A stretch of 64,000 nucleotides of DNA from contig JANJGN010000006.1 of NCBI GenBank assembly GCA_026770705.1, forward strand, positions 60,202,001 through 60,266,000, written 5' to 3'. Below the pieces are notes generated by a model. It was not told the DNA's origin. It made no database searches and was given only the letters and a program-made list of their open reading frames with translations. The translations under genes were made by a program, and so were the position numbers. This DNA comes from Isurus oxyrinchus. Taxonomy: Eukaryota. How positions within the stretch are numbered: the first letter of the stretch is position 1; the number at the start of each line of letters is the position of its first letter. Shown piece after piece: positions 1 through 12,828 of this stretch.

Positions 1-750
1 CCTCTTTAATAAAAGATTCTAGCATTTTCCCAATGACAGATGGACTAACCGGCCTATAATTTCCTGCTTTCTCTCTCCCTCCTTTCTTGCATAGTGGTGT
101 TACATTTATGATTTTTCAATCCGCTGGGATCTTTCCAGCATCTAAGGAATTTTGAAAGTTTGCAACCAATGCATCCACCATCTCTGCAGTCACTTCTTTT
201 AGGCCATCAGATCTAGGCACTTGTCGGCCTTACCCCCATTAGTTTTCCTAGTACAAGTACATTTTCTCTAGTGTTCATGATGGTTTTAAGTTCTTCCCTC
301 CCTTTTGCCTCTTGATTTTCTACTTTTCTTGGGATGTTTTCTGTGTCTTCTACTGTGAAGGCAGATACAAAATACTTGTTCAAAGTCTCTGCCATTTCCT
401 TGTTTCCCATTATTATTTCCCTAGTCTCATCCTCTAAGGGACCAATGCGTACTTAAGCTACTGTCTTCCTTTTTCTATACTTGTAGAAGTTTTTACTGTC
501 TGTTTTGTATTTCTTGCTAGTTTTCATTCATACTCCAATTTCTCCTTCATTTTTTTTAAGTCATCCTTTACTGGTTCCTAAAATTTTCCCAATCTCCTGG
601 GCTACTAAATTTTGCAGCATTGTACACTTCTTTCAATTTGGTATCATCCTTAACTTCCTTAGTTAATCACAAACGGTGCAGCCTTCTCATGGAGTCTTTC
701 TTTCTCAATGGATTATGTACACCTTTGTTGGGAGTTAGGACATATCTCCT
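1..750 (-). mobile_element. CR1 LINE ORF2 fragment (family A), degraded, runs off the window start
   Basis: ORF 213..410 reads MAETLNKYFVSAFTVED...KLMG, typical of the CR1 ORF2 linker before RT. The reverse complement near position 50 encodes NYRPVS. Confidence 0.85.
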
Positions 751-764
751 TATTCTAATTTTTA

Positions 765-858
765 GCCACCATGGTAGGATTTGATCCTTCTCTAGATCAT
801 TGATTCAGGCTTCTAGGAATACTAGTCTGTAATATAATCACAATGCTATCATAGCCCA
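765..858 (-). mobile_element. tRNA-like SINE/LINE-B head fragment
   Basis: Resembles the heads at 54300-54409 and 37250-37345 (gccaccatggtaggatttga...ctagtctgtaatataatcac). Confidence 0.45.
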
Positions 859-869
859 TTTGCTGTATA

Positions 870-1430
870 TTCTTGCAAATGTCACCAATGCCTTCTTTTT
901 CAAGGAGAGTTTAGTTTATGCAACCTGACAATGAGTGATAATTTTTAGGGAATAGTAAGGTTCTGGAACTATTGATTGCATTTGCAGGCTTCATGTTAAC
1001 TGTCATATTCAGATTGAACACAAAAGCATCCATTTCCATAGTTGTACAAGCCATTTGCAATGAAATGCACAACATTTTGTGCATGAATTCTTGGTATGTT
1101 GGAACAGTCATGATGCCTTCTTACTTCACCAGCCCAGTGTCCCTGCTGCATTTCACAAACAGTACTGCTGGGTGACAAGATGTACCCAATGTTCCCAAAA
1201 CCCACCTTACCACTTCACAAGATAACTGGAGCTGCCAAGGAATAGCTATGATGAAGCAAGCAGTTAAGTCAATAAATCTAACTGCACAGCATTGGGATGC
1301 TTCAAGGTAGTTTCAATTGCATGTAGACACCCAGGGGTACCTTGCAATATGTGCTAGACATCATCTCTTGAGTTACAATAGCATCATATGTGCTTCATAA
1401 TTTTGTTATTGAGAAAGAACTCATGGATCA
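870..1430 (+). pseudogene. Old Harbinger (PIF/IS5-like DDE) transposase relic
   Basis: Broken frames give IDC, SIVVQAIC, GNSHDAF, LLGDKMYP and HSIGMLQGSFNCM*TPRGTLQY...ASYVLHNF. These are Harbinger transposase motifs in the same order as at 25960-26400. Confidence 0.7.
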
Positions 1431-2980
1431 CTGAGCCCAATGATGACATTGCCAGTCCCAAAGATCTGGCTTTTGACAAACATGCTCCTTGCTCCTCATA
1501 TGTAGCCAGCACATTATCGTAATGAGCCTCACCACAGCATGGTATCCATTCCGCGTTGCTCTGATAGATAGCTAAGCACCTGAATCAGCTACTTTTCATA
1601 TTGCTGGGCAGGATTGGGGGCAGGAATGCCATCAACAGCAGGCCATATACAGAGAGTTATAGCAACTCTGGATATTAACAGGTACAATCCTGCCAATACA
1701 TTGGGGACCCAAAAATTGTGGGTCCAGTGCACTTTAGAGATCAACTCCATGTTGACAAAAGAATACAGGCCAGAGCACTAATAACAAAGATATTTTTCAG
1801 ATAAATTATGCGACCTCAGCCCTTTAACTATATCGGTACCTTTTATGCTCCTTGGCAATCCCAGGTTAGATACTATGAAGAGGCTTCTGTTGATTGTAGT
1901 TAACTTTCCAGTGGCTTTCTATTCTTTTGCTCAAAACAGTCGCAATGGGAAGAAGAATTCACTTGTAAATCTGACCTTCAGTATGTGTGAATTTTTTTCT
2001 TTTCAAAAAATGTCAATACAATCAGCTGTTAATTGGTTATCCTTATTGCACTCTAGATCGAATTGAAAAGACATCATGCGAATATTATTTAGTCTGAGCT
2101 GATAACAACCAAAAAGCAAAGCAGGAAACTTCCCAAGACCTGCTTATTTGTATAAAGAATGAAAGTGTGACAGTGGGTTTAGAATTAAAAGTGCACAGGG
2201 CCAGAGCCCCGAGCAAGGTGGAGCCACAAAGAAGAAAGGCATAGTGTATCCTGCTCTAAAATGTTAGCAAGATCCCTGTCTATCGGATTATTTTCTCCAT
2301 AGCTGACTGATCAAATGCCAGATTTTTAAATTTGGAGAGAAAAAAAAAGTACCAAATGTTGGAGTATGACAGAGTAAAGCTGTTCTGGAAACAGACCAAA
2401 TTGAGGTAAAACTGCCACTGCGATAATTTTGGGATTACAGTTCGGAAACTAATAGGAGCATTTCTATTTGTTTTGAAGATCCCACAGAATGCTTCTAGGG
2501 TAATAATAATTGCTTTGGGCCCAAATCTAGAGGATTTTAAACAGTAAAATGTAAAGTACCCAAAATAAGTAAATGCTTTATATAATTAAATTACAATTTC
2601 TAGATTGAATTTTGTTACCTGTGCATCAAATCTTTTATCCTTTATGTATATACCTTAGAAGTTAACAATACCTCTAAAAGGATAAATTTGATAAACAAAT
2701 ATTCTGCTAGATATAGGCCTCACTGAAACCTCTGAATCTTCAATATGATTTTATAGATATGATGCATTTTTATTAAATAAGAACACTTTGATATAAAGTA
2801 CTTTAAACCTGATGACCCAAAATTTCCTGAGGCCAGGCTGCAAATGGTGTATTAGTTAGACTAGTCCTTGCGCATTTAATTTTGGCAATATTTTGTGCTG
2901 CAGGTTACTGAAAGATGGAAATAGTGTGGTGTGCTCTATAGAGCAACCAGGACCTGTTTAAACAACCCAGGCAACTGGGT

Positions 2981-3080
2981 AATAAAAATAAAGTGATGGA
3001 AAACCTCAGCAGATCTGGCAGCATCTGTGGAGAGAGAAACAGTGCTAATGTTTGGAGTCCAATGTCACTTCTTCAGAGTT
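2981..3080 (-). mobile_element. Penelope-like element 3' tail with decayed hammerhead motif
   Basis: Reverse complement is aactCTGAAGAagtgacattggactccaaacatt...ctccacagatgctgccagatctgctgag, the same tail as 9479-9710 and 20005-20183. Confidence 0.65.
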
Positions 3081-3659
3081 GGTAACTGTCTCCTTAACTA
3101 ATCAGATTGAAGTATTGTGAAATTAATAGCACAAAGATTGAGAAGGAAGTGTGGAGTGAGTGAATTCAATACCAAGTCAGGTACGGAGAGGGAAGGAAAG
3201 ATTGGATTAACAGAGAGAGAGAAAAATGAGACTTAATTGAATGAAATGAGCCTTCACACTTGTACTAGTTAATTTGGTAATGTATTTAGTAACTGGGTTG
3301 ATTGAATGACACTGAGTACACCTTGTGGTAGTTGGATGTAGATTTTGTGACATGGCACTGGATTCTGGAGGCAGTTTGGACATTTCAGAGCTTTGTTCTG
3401 AAAGTGAATAGCCATTTGGGTTATAAATGAGAATAATTTAAGTAGAAACTTCATGGGGCAGTGAAGAGGGACTGTGTGGGGCTGGAACTAGGGTTCTAAA
3501 AAAGAAAATTGGACCAAAAAGTTTCTTTAGAAAGAGAAATGTGATGGTGTATGATGACCTACATTTCAGATTTTCTCCACTCTCCCACTCTAAGGATGTT
3601 ACTAATCATCTCGGCTTGCAATATAGGACTTGTGCCAACACTTAACATTTTTGGATTGC

Positions 3660-3778
3660 AGGTCTTGAAATGTTAATTCTGTCTTTCTCTCCACAGATGC
3701 TGTCAGACCTGCTAAGTTTTCCCAGCACTTCTTACTTTTGTTTCAGATTTCCAGCATCAGCAGTATTTTGCCTTTACT
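3660..3778 (+). mobile_element. Penelope-like element 3' tail
   Basis: gaaatgttaattctgtctttctctccacagatgctgtcagacctgct...tttcagatttccagcatcagcagtattttg matches 20067-20180. Confidence 0.7.
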
Positions 3779-5034
3779 TCAAAAGTACTTCATTGGCTGA
3801 AAGGTGCCTTTGGGCTTGGGTTATATTAAATTGGAAGTCTTTCCTTTTATGTTTAATAGGACCCCTGTCCATCGATTGTGTGTATTTAGAAATGCTGATA
3901 TTTATAGAATGAAATTCTTGGAAAAGAATGCTTAAAGTACCTTTGCAACTTTAGGGCAACAGAAATTGCTTAGAAGATGGAAGGTTGTATTTTTTTTCAT
4001 ACGCTTGGTCAACAAAGACAAGGTTTTTATACTAACCGTAGTGTTGTGTGCTGTATTTATAATCAGGGAACATTCAGGGGTACATTTATAAAAGCCTTAC
4101 AGCAGAAGGGGCATGGCAGAAGGTGAAGTGGTAGACTCCTAGCAACAAGCAAAGGATTAAGAACGATGTGAATGTACAAGTGTCACGGCATGACAGTTTG
4201 CAGTACAAATGGTGCTGTCACCAAGTCCTGCTGGCGGTGCCAGGGGAATTTCTCTCTGTAAATTACATCACTGTGTCTAGCCTGAAGGCACAACAGTCAA
4301 AGGAAAATTAGGGAAATAAGAGAGAAAGGAGGGAGGAATGTCAGCATACTAACATGCCATTTAACTAGATGAGGAATAGAGATTCATGCATTCAGTTACT
4401 TTCCGAGTGGTCTTGTTTTCAGAGTTCTCAATTTGGAATGCGTCAGGCCATTATCAGTACTTAAACAGATCATAAATATGATTTTACTTGTTTTTGCTAA
4501 TTGCTAACCAGGACTGGAGACTTCCAGGAGTAAGAAAGAGCTCTGTGGTTCTTTTCTAAGTTAGGCTATTGTAATTTTTTTTACATGTTGACCATATCCA
4601 TACAAATAAAAAAGAATATATTCTTGGTTGTTTTCAATATATTTTAAAGCGTCAAACCTTCAGTATGCTTGATTTTGACTAATTTTTGCATAAAGTGAGT
4701 GGGATTATGGTCAATCCTTGTTTCTTTATAGTTTTTAATGATTAGCTTAAAGCAGGGGCTGCAATGATAATATTAATGTCCTATTGTTCTAATTTGTGGT
4801 AGATAACATGCTGAGCACACATAACATTGTAAGCAACTTACTGTATTAATGTAGGAAGAGCCTCAGTTTGTTGTGATATGTACATGGTCAGTGAATATTG
4901 GATCGATTGTATTATTTGCTCAGGATAGTGTGGCAAATTCTGTCCGATTGGCAACACGCAGTAAGTAGCTTGCTCAGAAAATGAGACCGCTTTGATTGTT
5001 CCATATGCGGCATTCTGGCCTGAATGTTCTGGAA

Positions 5035-5497
5035 AGAAAAAATGCCTGCAATTGTGTAATGACTTTCACAATCTCAGTACATCCTAAAATGCCTCACTGC
5101 CAGTCAATTACTTTTAAAGTGTACAGTGTACTTGTTGTAATTTTGGGGGATGTGTGTCAAACAACTTGTGCACAGTCCACTAATAGCAATAAGATAAATG
5201 ATCAGATGATTTTTTTTTAAATACTATTGGTTGAGCAGTAATTGTAGACCAGAAGACTGAGAGAATTCTCTGCCCTTCTGCAAATAGTGCCAAGGAATCT
5301 TTTTACACCTACCTGAGAGGGCATACAGGACCTTGGTGTAACAGCTAATTTGAAAGATGCACCTCCGATTAATGCAGCATTTCTTCAGTACTGCAACTGA
5401 AGTGTTAGGCTAAATTGTTGGTTCAAGACCTGGAATGGAACTTAAACCCACAACTATTTTACTCAGAGGATACAGTGTTGGTTTAAAGCTAACGCCA
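5035..5497 (-). mobile_element. tRNA-derived SINE with Deu-type core and L2-like tail (SacSINE1/DeuSINE-like)
   Basis: The reverse complement has a B box (ggtttaagttcc) and the Deu-like gtaaaaagattccttggcactatttgcagaagggcag. It is collinear with the copies at 12829, 37415 and 41543. Confidence 0.65.
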
Positions 5498-5834
5498 AAA
5501 TAAGAAAAGCTCTGTCACTTTCCAAAATATGGTAATGGTCAAGCATAACAGTGAATTTGTGGAGAAAAAAGACTTGCATTTATGTAGCACCTTTCAGGAT
5601 CTTGGGGTGTCCTAAAGCACTTCACCGCTGATGAAGGACTATAGTATTCTGGTACATCAATGAAAAATTGGACAGAAACAAAAACAGAAGTGGCTAGAAA
5701 TTATAATTGTAGAGGAACTGTGTCTTTTGACTAATTTGGTTCAGGTTGAATTGAGAATCTGGCATATACACGTGGATCATTTGATTTTTGTCAAACAAAA
5801 TGACTGATTAGGTTCCTGGAAGAAGGGAAGGATC

Positions 5835-7032
5835 TTTTTTTTTAATCCATTCATGGGATGTGGGCTTCGCTGGCTGAGCCAGCAATTAATGCCCATCCCT
5901 AGTTGTCCATGAGAAGGTGGTGGTGAGCTGCCTTCTTGAACCGCTGCAGCCCACGTGGTGTAGGTACACCCACAGTGCTGTTAGGGAGGGAGTTCCAGGA
6001 TTTTGACCCAACGACAGTGAAGGAACAGCGATATATTTCCAATTCAGGATGGTGAGTGATTTGGAGGGGAACTTCCAAGCGGTGGTGTTCCCATCTATCT
6101 GCTGCCCTTGCCCTTCTAGATGGTTGTGGTCGTGGGTTTGGAAGGTGCTGTTGGTGAGCTCCTGCAGTGCATCTTGTGGATGGTACATACTGCTGCTACT
6201 GTGCATCAATGGTGGAGGGAGTGAATGTTTGTGGATGTGGTGCCAGTCAAGTGGGCTGCTTTGTCCTGGACGGTGTAAATCTTCCTGAGTGTTGTGGAAG
6301 CTGCATTCACCCAGGCAAGTGGGGAGTATTCCATCATACTTCTGTCTTTGTGCCTTGTAGATGGTTGACAAGCTTTGGGGAGTCAGGAGGTGAGTTACTC
6401 GTCACAGGTTTCCTAGTCACTAGCTTGCTCTTGTAGCCACAGTATTTATACGGCTAGACCAATTCTGTTTCTGGTCAATGGTAACCCCCAGGATGTTGAT
6501 AGTGGGGGATTCAGTGATGGTAATGCCATTGAACATCGAGGGGTGACAGTTAGATTCTCTCTTGTTGGAGAAGGTCATTGCCTGGCACTTGTGTGGCATG
6601 AATGTTACTTGCCACTTAGCCCAAGCCTGGATATCGTCCAGGTCTTGCTGCATTTGAACGTGGATTGCTTCAGATTCTGTGGAGTCGTGAATGGTGCTGA
6701 ACATTGTGCAATCATTAGCAAACATCCCCACTTCTGACCTCGTGATGGGAGGAAGGTCATTGATGAAGCAGCTGAAGATGGTTGGGCCAAGGACACTTTC
6801 CTTAGGAATCCCTGCAGTGATGTCCTGGAGCTGAGATGACTGACCTCTAACAACTGCAACCATTTTCCTTTGTGTTAGGTATGACTCCAACCAGTGGAGA
6901 GTTTTCCCCCTGATTTCCATTGACTTCAGTTTTGATAGGATTCCTTGATGCCACACTCAGTCAAATGTGGCCTTGATGTCAAGGGCAGTCACCCTCCCCT
7001 TACCTCGGGAGTTCAGTTCTTTGGTCCATGTT
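5835..7032 (-). mobile_element. CR1/L2-group LINE (family B), 5'-truncated RT to 3' UTR
   Basis: ORF 6420..6956 reads WHQGILSKL...SVLGPTIFSCFINDLP...MFANDC (FADD). It ends in an A-rich tail and is collinear with 51264-52440. Confidence 0.9.
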
Positions 7033-8084
7033 TGTTCATCTTTCAAATCAACAGGAGAAGGTTGAGTTTACCCATCCCAGAAGTCCAGGATATTCCGGCT
7101 AAACTTGAAGAAATAACAACTTCAGAATTACCAACTGCAGAAATGGGTGGTTGGTGATCAGGCTACACAAACCCACCCAGCAGTGTAATAATCAAAAGTG
7201 CCAGTTTACCTAGTTTAATCAGATGATCTGGCCCAATTTGGCTGCCACATTTCCTACCATCATGGCTACAGTTCAAACTACTTAATTGTTAAGCATTTTG
7301 GCACAACCTGAGACCATGAAAGCTACAAGTCTTTCTTTCTACGCAGTGATTTATCAGCAGTAGTCGAAGGCATATTCTACTGAGAACCTGCAAATCCATT
7401 TAAATACCAAATCTATAAGTTATAAGTAATGGAAATGATAGATGATTTACAAGTTTACTGACAAGTGTAATTTATTAATACATAAAACTGGATAAGGGGT
7501 ATTTATTGCCTGATGGCTAGAATGTAAAAACAGTTTGTAATTGAGCAATACATGCTAATTTAACCTGGAAGTGTTGAAATGGGTACTGATAGAAAAGTTT
7601 GTGCAATGACAAAATAAACTTGCTGTTCAGAGATCATTTCTTATGTACCTGATCAAATTCATCCATGCAGCTGCATCACACTCATTAGATCAGTCCAAAT
7701 TAGTAGAAAATATAGGCCCTATATTACTTAATATTTGTCCCAATTACTTAACAAAGTTATGACAAAACCTCTGGAGAAGTAGCTGGAAATGGCTGTTTAT
7801 GCCATTTCTCTGGAATTTCTGCCAATTTGAATGATGACAACACAGCCAAGTAATGTGCAGTGCCCTTCCACTTTTTTTGAAATTACATTTTGGGCAGAAA
7901 AATAATGGAATTTCAACAGTTTTATGGAGTAGTTACTGATCTTGGACAGTGAGTTATGAGTTACCACACATATGCATAAGTCATTATTTATGTCTTGTGC
8001 ACAAATATTTAATGCTCACTGTGCCAGATGCTTACTCATATAAGTCCTGTATTCAATAATGGTGAGAGGGTCTGACATACTGAT

Positions 8085-8530
8085 TTTTAAAAATTAATTT
8101 GTGGGATAAAGGCTAGGCCAGCATTTATTGTCCATCCCTAACTGTCCATGAGAATAAGGTGGTGAGCTGCCTTCTTGAACTGCTGTGGCGTAGGTACACC
8201 TACAGTGCTGTTGGGGAAGGCATTCCAGGATTTTGACCCAGTGACTGTGGAGGAACGGTGATATATTTCCAAGTCAGGATGGTGAGTGGCTTGGAGGGGA
8301 ACTTGCAAGTGGTGGTATTCCCACGAATCTGTTGCCCTTGGTCCTTCTAGGAGGTAGAGGTTGTGGATTTGGAAGGTGCTATCGAAGGAGCCTTGGTGAG
8401 TTGCTGCACTGCATTTTGTAGATGGTACACACTGTGTCGGTGGTAGAGGGAGTGAATGTGGAAAGTGGTGGATGGGGTACTAATCAAGCTTTGTCCTTGA
8501 TGATGCCGAGCTTCTTGAGTTGGAGCTGCA
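8085..8530 (-). mobile_element. LINE family B 3' fragment
   Basis: ccagcatttattgtccatccctaactgtcc...gagctgccttcttgaac shared with the 5835 and 51264 copies. Confidence 0.85.
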
Positions 8531-8589
8531 TGAGAAGCAATAATATAATTTCTAACAATACCTGAAAGACAACCAAGTATCAATTCAGG

Positions 8590-8910
8590 ATCTATGGGGA
8601 GTTAATTGATCTCAACCAGGCTAAATTAACCTCAGTGACCCTGAGTTAGGGAGAGGAAGGTGAACCAGGGTTCCCATTTCTGATTTCCAGCAGAGTTGCT
8701 GGGAGGCAATGGGTGTGTACTTTTGGATGTTGGGTCAATTTTGAAGACTTCAGATGTGATACTTTCCAGAGGTCAAACAGTCTACAGACACTACTTACTT
8801 ATGCTCCCACCTGAAAAAATAGCCAATTGCATGAGGTTACAAGAGGGCAGCTGGAGTCTGTGGAATTGGACCTCAGCATGAAGTCTATGCTTCAGGAGTG
8901 GAGGAAAGAA
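8590..8910 (+). mobile_element. Ancient unnamed SINE-like repeat
   Basis: Weakly collinear with 40820-41140, 58402-58700 and the reverse complement of 62440-62740 (gatctcaaccagg...ctcagtgaccctgagttaggg...ccagggttccc). Confidence 0.45.
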
Positions 8911-9478
8911 ATCTGACAGAAAAAATAAATGCATATAAGGCCATAAGAATAGACTTTACCCATTTTAAGCACCTGAGTCAAATACTGATTTCTGTGTTGA
9001 TAATCCCATCTGACAAAGACATTGATGGGTTAAGTGGAGAAAGCTGACGCATCAGTTTACCTAATTTTTAGCTCCAAGTATTTCTCCAAATTGGTGTAAT
9101 CAGTGAATCTTTACCTCTGTGGTATTTTCAGATCTCACCTTGATGGACAGTGGTTTTTGCTATTGTCTTTGAGCGTTAGCCTTCTTTTATGGGAAGAATG
9201 AATTTGGAAATGTATTCATATTGAGGCTTGGTCAGCGTAAGTTCTAGAAACCTGTTTAAAATAAATGTGATAGGAACTGTAATAAAAATTCACCAATGAA
9301 ATTTTATGCTACTCAGGTAGCCACTGCAGCACTGCCAGAATGTGATGCATTTATGGAGGGCATTGCATTTGACCCTGAAATCATCTGAAGTGCTTATTTT
9401 CAAGGATTACATAATGTTCCGAACCCAGGCTGTTTTCCCTTCATAGCAAAGGGATTGTGAGACCAATGTAGCAACTTT

Positions 9479-9535
9479 TGTCCCTAAAACCACACCCCCC
9501 TCCATTTCTCTCCCCCCACCCAAACCCTGCCACCC

Positions 9536-9566
<31 letters not shown>

Positions 9567-9710
9567 ACACCTTAAACAAGCTTATATTTCACCCCTTCCT
9601 TGGATTCACCTTGTTCTGTTGAAGGGTCATGAGGACTCGAAACGTCAACTCTTTTCTTCTCCGCCGATGCTGCCAGACCTGCTGAGTTTTTTCAGGTAAT
9701 TCTGTTTTTG
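9479..9710 (+). mobile_element. Short Penelope-type retroelement insertion with 12-bp TSD
   Basis: TGTAGCAACTTT at 9467-9478 and 9711-9722. Contains a poly-C/(CA)n tract. The 3' about 100 bp is nearly identical to the reverse complement of 33036-33144. Confidence 0.85.
9612..9650 (+). ncRNA. Minimal type I hammerhead ribozyme-like motif (variant core)
   Basis: gtt CTGTTGA a GGGTC atgag GACTC GAAAC GTC aac: helix II of 5 bp, GAAA, palindromic ACGT helix III, GUC triplet, helix I gtt/aac. Confidence 0.6.
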
Positions 9711-9909
9711 TGTAGCAACTTTACAGCCATTCCTGCTGGGATGAGTTGACATGGCACAGACTGGGGATTGAAGCTGGGACTTTTCGGGTTGCTTTGTCTC
9801 AGTTCTGCAATATTAGGGAAAAAAGTCCACTGATCCATTAGCAGAGTTTGGTATTATATTTCATAAAGACAGCTATCATTTAAACTGAAAAATTCCAGCA
9901 GGAAGAATC

Positions 9910-10397
9910 ACAAAAGGTCAGCATGCAAGATATAGCAAATAATTAGGAAGGCAAATGGAATGTTGGCCTTCATTACGAGGGAGATGGAGTATAAAAGTAG
10001 GGAAGCCTTTCTACAACTGAACAGGGCATTGGTGAGACCACACCTGTATAACTGTTTACAGTTTTGGTCACTTTAAGGAGGGACATATTTGCATTGGAGG
10101 CAGTTCAGAGAAGGTTCACTAAGCTGATTCCTGGGATGAAGGAGTTGTCTTATGAGGAAAGGTTGGGCCTATACTCATTGAAGTTTAGAAGAATGAGAGG
10201 TGATTTTATCTCAACATATGAGATTCTGAGGGGGCTTGACAGGGTAAATGCTGACAGGATGTTACTCCTCATGGGGGAAATCTAGAACTAGGATGTACAG
10301 TGTAAAATTATGGGGTCTTATATTTATGACAGAGATGAGGGGGAATTTCTTCCCTCAGAGGTTGTTATTATTTGGAATTATCTTTCCCAGTAAGCAT
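9910..10397 (+). mobile_element. CR1 LINE (family A) ORF2 3' fragment
   Basis: ORF 10064..10285 reads LEAVQRRFTKLIPGMKELSYEERLGLYSL..RRMRGD. Confidence 0.85.
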
Positions 10398-10559
10398 TGA
10401 AGGCTGGGTCACTGAATCATGGCGGATTTACAGTTAGCGGGGCCCTGTGCTTAGCTTCATTTTTGGGACCCCCCAGGAACCAAAAGGCAAAGCCAAGAAA
10501 ATACACAAATTGTTCATTGCTCCTACACTTGTAAAAACATGCCTGTATGAATAATTGCC

Positions 10560-10900
10560 TTGTGAAATCCAAGTTTACCTCTTGTCTGAATGATGGTAAA
10601 GACGGTAAATATTGCGACGCAAGGCAAACAAACATGGGACTTGCTGCCAAGAAAAGCCAAAAACCAAGGGCAGATTGTACATAGATAGAGAGAGGGAGAG
10701 AGAGTGTCAGCAAGCAGGAGATGGAAGCTGACTAGATGCCCACTCGAACATCGATACGTCAGTCTGTTGTATTTTATTCAGAGACGGAGACAGCAGACTA
10801 GAGCCCTGCTCCGGTGCCAACAGTTTACTGAGGCAAAACAGCACCGACAACACATTTGTTACCTAGGAGACCCGAGAAACTTTGCATTTTACTGAGATCT
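10560..10900. promoter_or_regulatory. Candidate CpG-retaining regulatory segment (left half)
   Basis: Non-repetitive, with about 10 CpG in about 320 bp by eye against a CpG-depleted background, plus a GA tract. Confidence 0.3.
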
Positions 10901-12280
10901 GTCAGTGGTAGGGAAACTATCACGTCAACGGTAGGGAAACTATTGGAGAAAATTCTGAAGGAGAGAATCTATCTCCACTTGGAGGGACAAGATTTGATCA
11001 AGGATAGCCAGCATGGCTTTGTCGGTGAGAGATCATGCCTAACAAATTTGATTGAATTTTTTAAGGAGGTGACCAGGTGTGTAGATGAGGGTAGTGCAGT
11101 TGATGTAGTTTATATGGATTTCAGCAAAGCCTTTAACAAGCTCCCACATGGGAGACTTATAAAGAAGGCAAATGCACATGGGATACAGGGTAATTTGATA
11201 AGGTGGATTCAAAATTGGCTTAGTTGTAGGAGACAGAGGGTGATGACAGAAGGATGCTTTAGTGACTGGAAGCCAGTGTCCAGTGGCGTACCACAGGGAT
11301 CTGTGCTGGGTCCCATATTATTCGTCATTTATACAAGCGACATAGATGACTATGTGGGGGGTAGGATTAGTAAGTTTGCGGATGACATAAAGATTGGCCG
11401 GGTGGTTAACAGTGAAGTTGAGTGTCTTGGCCTATAGGATGATATAGACGGGGTGGTCAAATGGGCAGAAAAGTGGCAGATGGAATTTAACCCTGAATAG
11501 TGTAAGGTGATACACTTTGGAAGGAGTAATTTGACAAGGAGGTATTCAATGAACAGCATGACACTAGGAAGTTCTGAGGAACAAAGGGACCTTGGCGTGT
11601 GTGTCCATAGATCTCTGAAGGCGAAGGGGCATGTTAGTGGGGTGGTGAAAAAGGCTTTTGGGCCACTTGCCTTTATCAATTGAGGCATAGATTACAAAAG
11701 TAGGGAGATCATTTTGGAGTTATATAGATCCTTGGTGAGGCCACAGATGGAGTACTGTGTGCAGTTCTGGTTGCCACATTATAGGAAGGATGTGATTGCA
11801 CTGGAGGGGGTGCAGAGGAGATTCACCAGGATGAAACATTTAAGTCATGAAGAGAGATTGGATAGACTTGGGTTAGTTTCGTTGGAGGAGAGAAGACTGA
11901 GGGGTGACCTGATCGAGGTGTACAAGATTATGAGGGGCATGGATAGGGTGGATAGGGAGCAGCTGTTCCCCTTAGTTGAAGGGTCAGTCACGAGAGGACA
12001 TAATTCAAGGTGAGGGGCAGTAGGTTTATGGAAGGATGTGAGGAAAAACGTTTTCACCCAGAGGATGGTGATGGTCTGGAATGCACTGCGTGGGAGCGTG
12101 GTGGAGGCAGGTTGCCTCACATCCTTTAAAAAGTACCTGGATGAGCACTTGGCATGTCATAACATTCAAGGCTATGGGCAAAGTGCTGGTAAATGGGATT
12201 AGGTAGGCAGGTCAGGTGTTTCTCACATGTCGGTGCAGACTCGATGGGCCGAAGGGCCTCTTCTGCACTCTTTGATTCTG
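10901..12280 (+). mobile_element. Young 5'-truncated CR1 LINE with 8-bp TSD
   Basis: RT motifs SQHGFV, YMDFSKAF, GVPQGSVLGP and KFADD. Ends in the GATTCTG tail. TGAGATCT at 10893-10900 and 12281-12288. Confidence 0.92.
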
Positions 12281-12288
12281 TGAGATCT

Positions 12289-12800
12289 CATCACTCACTG
12301 GAAAATCTCAGAACAGTATCGCTCAGCAGAAGAACATGAGCTGCTCTTGTGGTTTCAGGACGGCCCACATTACAATCATTTAAATTAAAATCAAATGAAT
12401 ACTCCGCTCGAGGTCAATGTTTCAACCTCTGACCAAACTGGCCGAGTTTTTGCTGAAACTCGTCTCTCCACCAAAGCTTGCTGATTATTAAGAGAGAATG
12501 TGAATGTGCGGAATGAAGCTCTGGGACTGCCCAACATTTTACCTCCAACAACCGACCACAGTCTGTTTTTCAAACCAGTTTCTGGTGTCTTTCTGCGCTG
12601 GAGTGAGAGCTAAAGAATGATTCTGAAGATGTGACTATGAAACCAGCTGATAGGGTGTAACCCAGAGCAGTGACAGGCAAATTTATTTCTATTTATTTAC
12701 TGTCATGGAGTCTAACTCAATATTGAGGTAAGAAGCTCACCGTAAACGTGTGTGTGGATTACAATTCCTCCTGTCCCAGTATGCTGGGCTGGCACTTTTA
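12289..12800 (+). promoter_or_regulatory. Candidate CpG-retaining regulatory segment or non-coding exon (right half)
   Basis: Unique sequence with about 12 CpG in about 470 bp by eye. Strong donor GAG|GTAAGA at 12727/12728. Confidence 0.3.
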
Positions 12801-12828
12801 AAGCCACCTCATAGCTATACCAAAATTT

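Noticed and set aside
4242-4253. NF-kB-like site GGGGAATTTCT
   Set aside because: An imperfect single short motif, expected by chance.
9490-9572. Poly-C/(CA)n as a functional G-quadruplex or Z-DNA element
   Set aside because: It is an expanded simple tract inside a retroelement insertion, and its length may be a sequencing artefact.
12705-12727. Upstream ATG (gtcATGg) giving an N-terminal BACH2 extension
   Set aside because: It is 23 nt to the donor plus 12 nt of the next exon, out of frame with ATG 45561 if spliced directly. No homology support.
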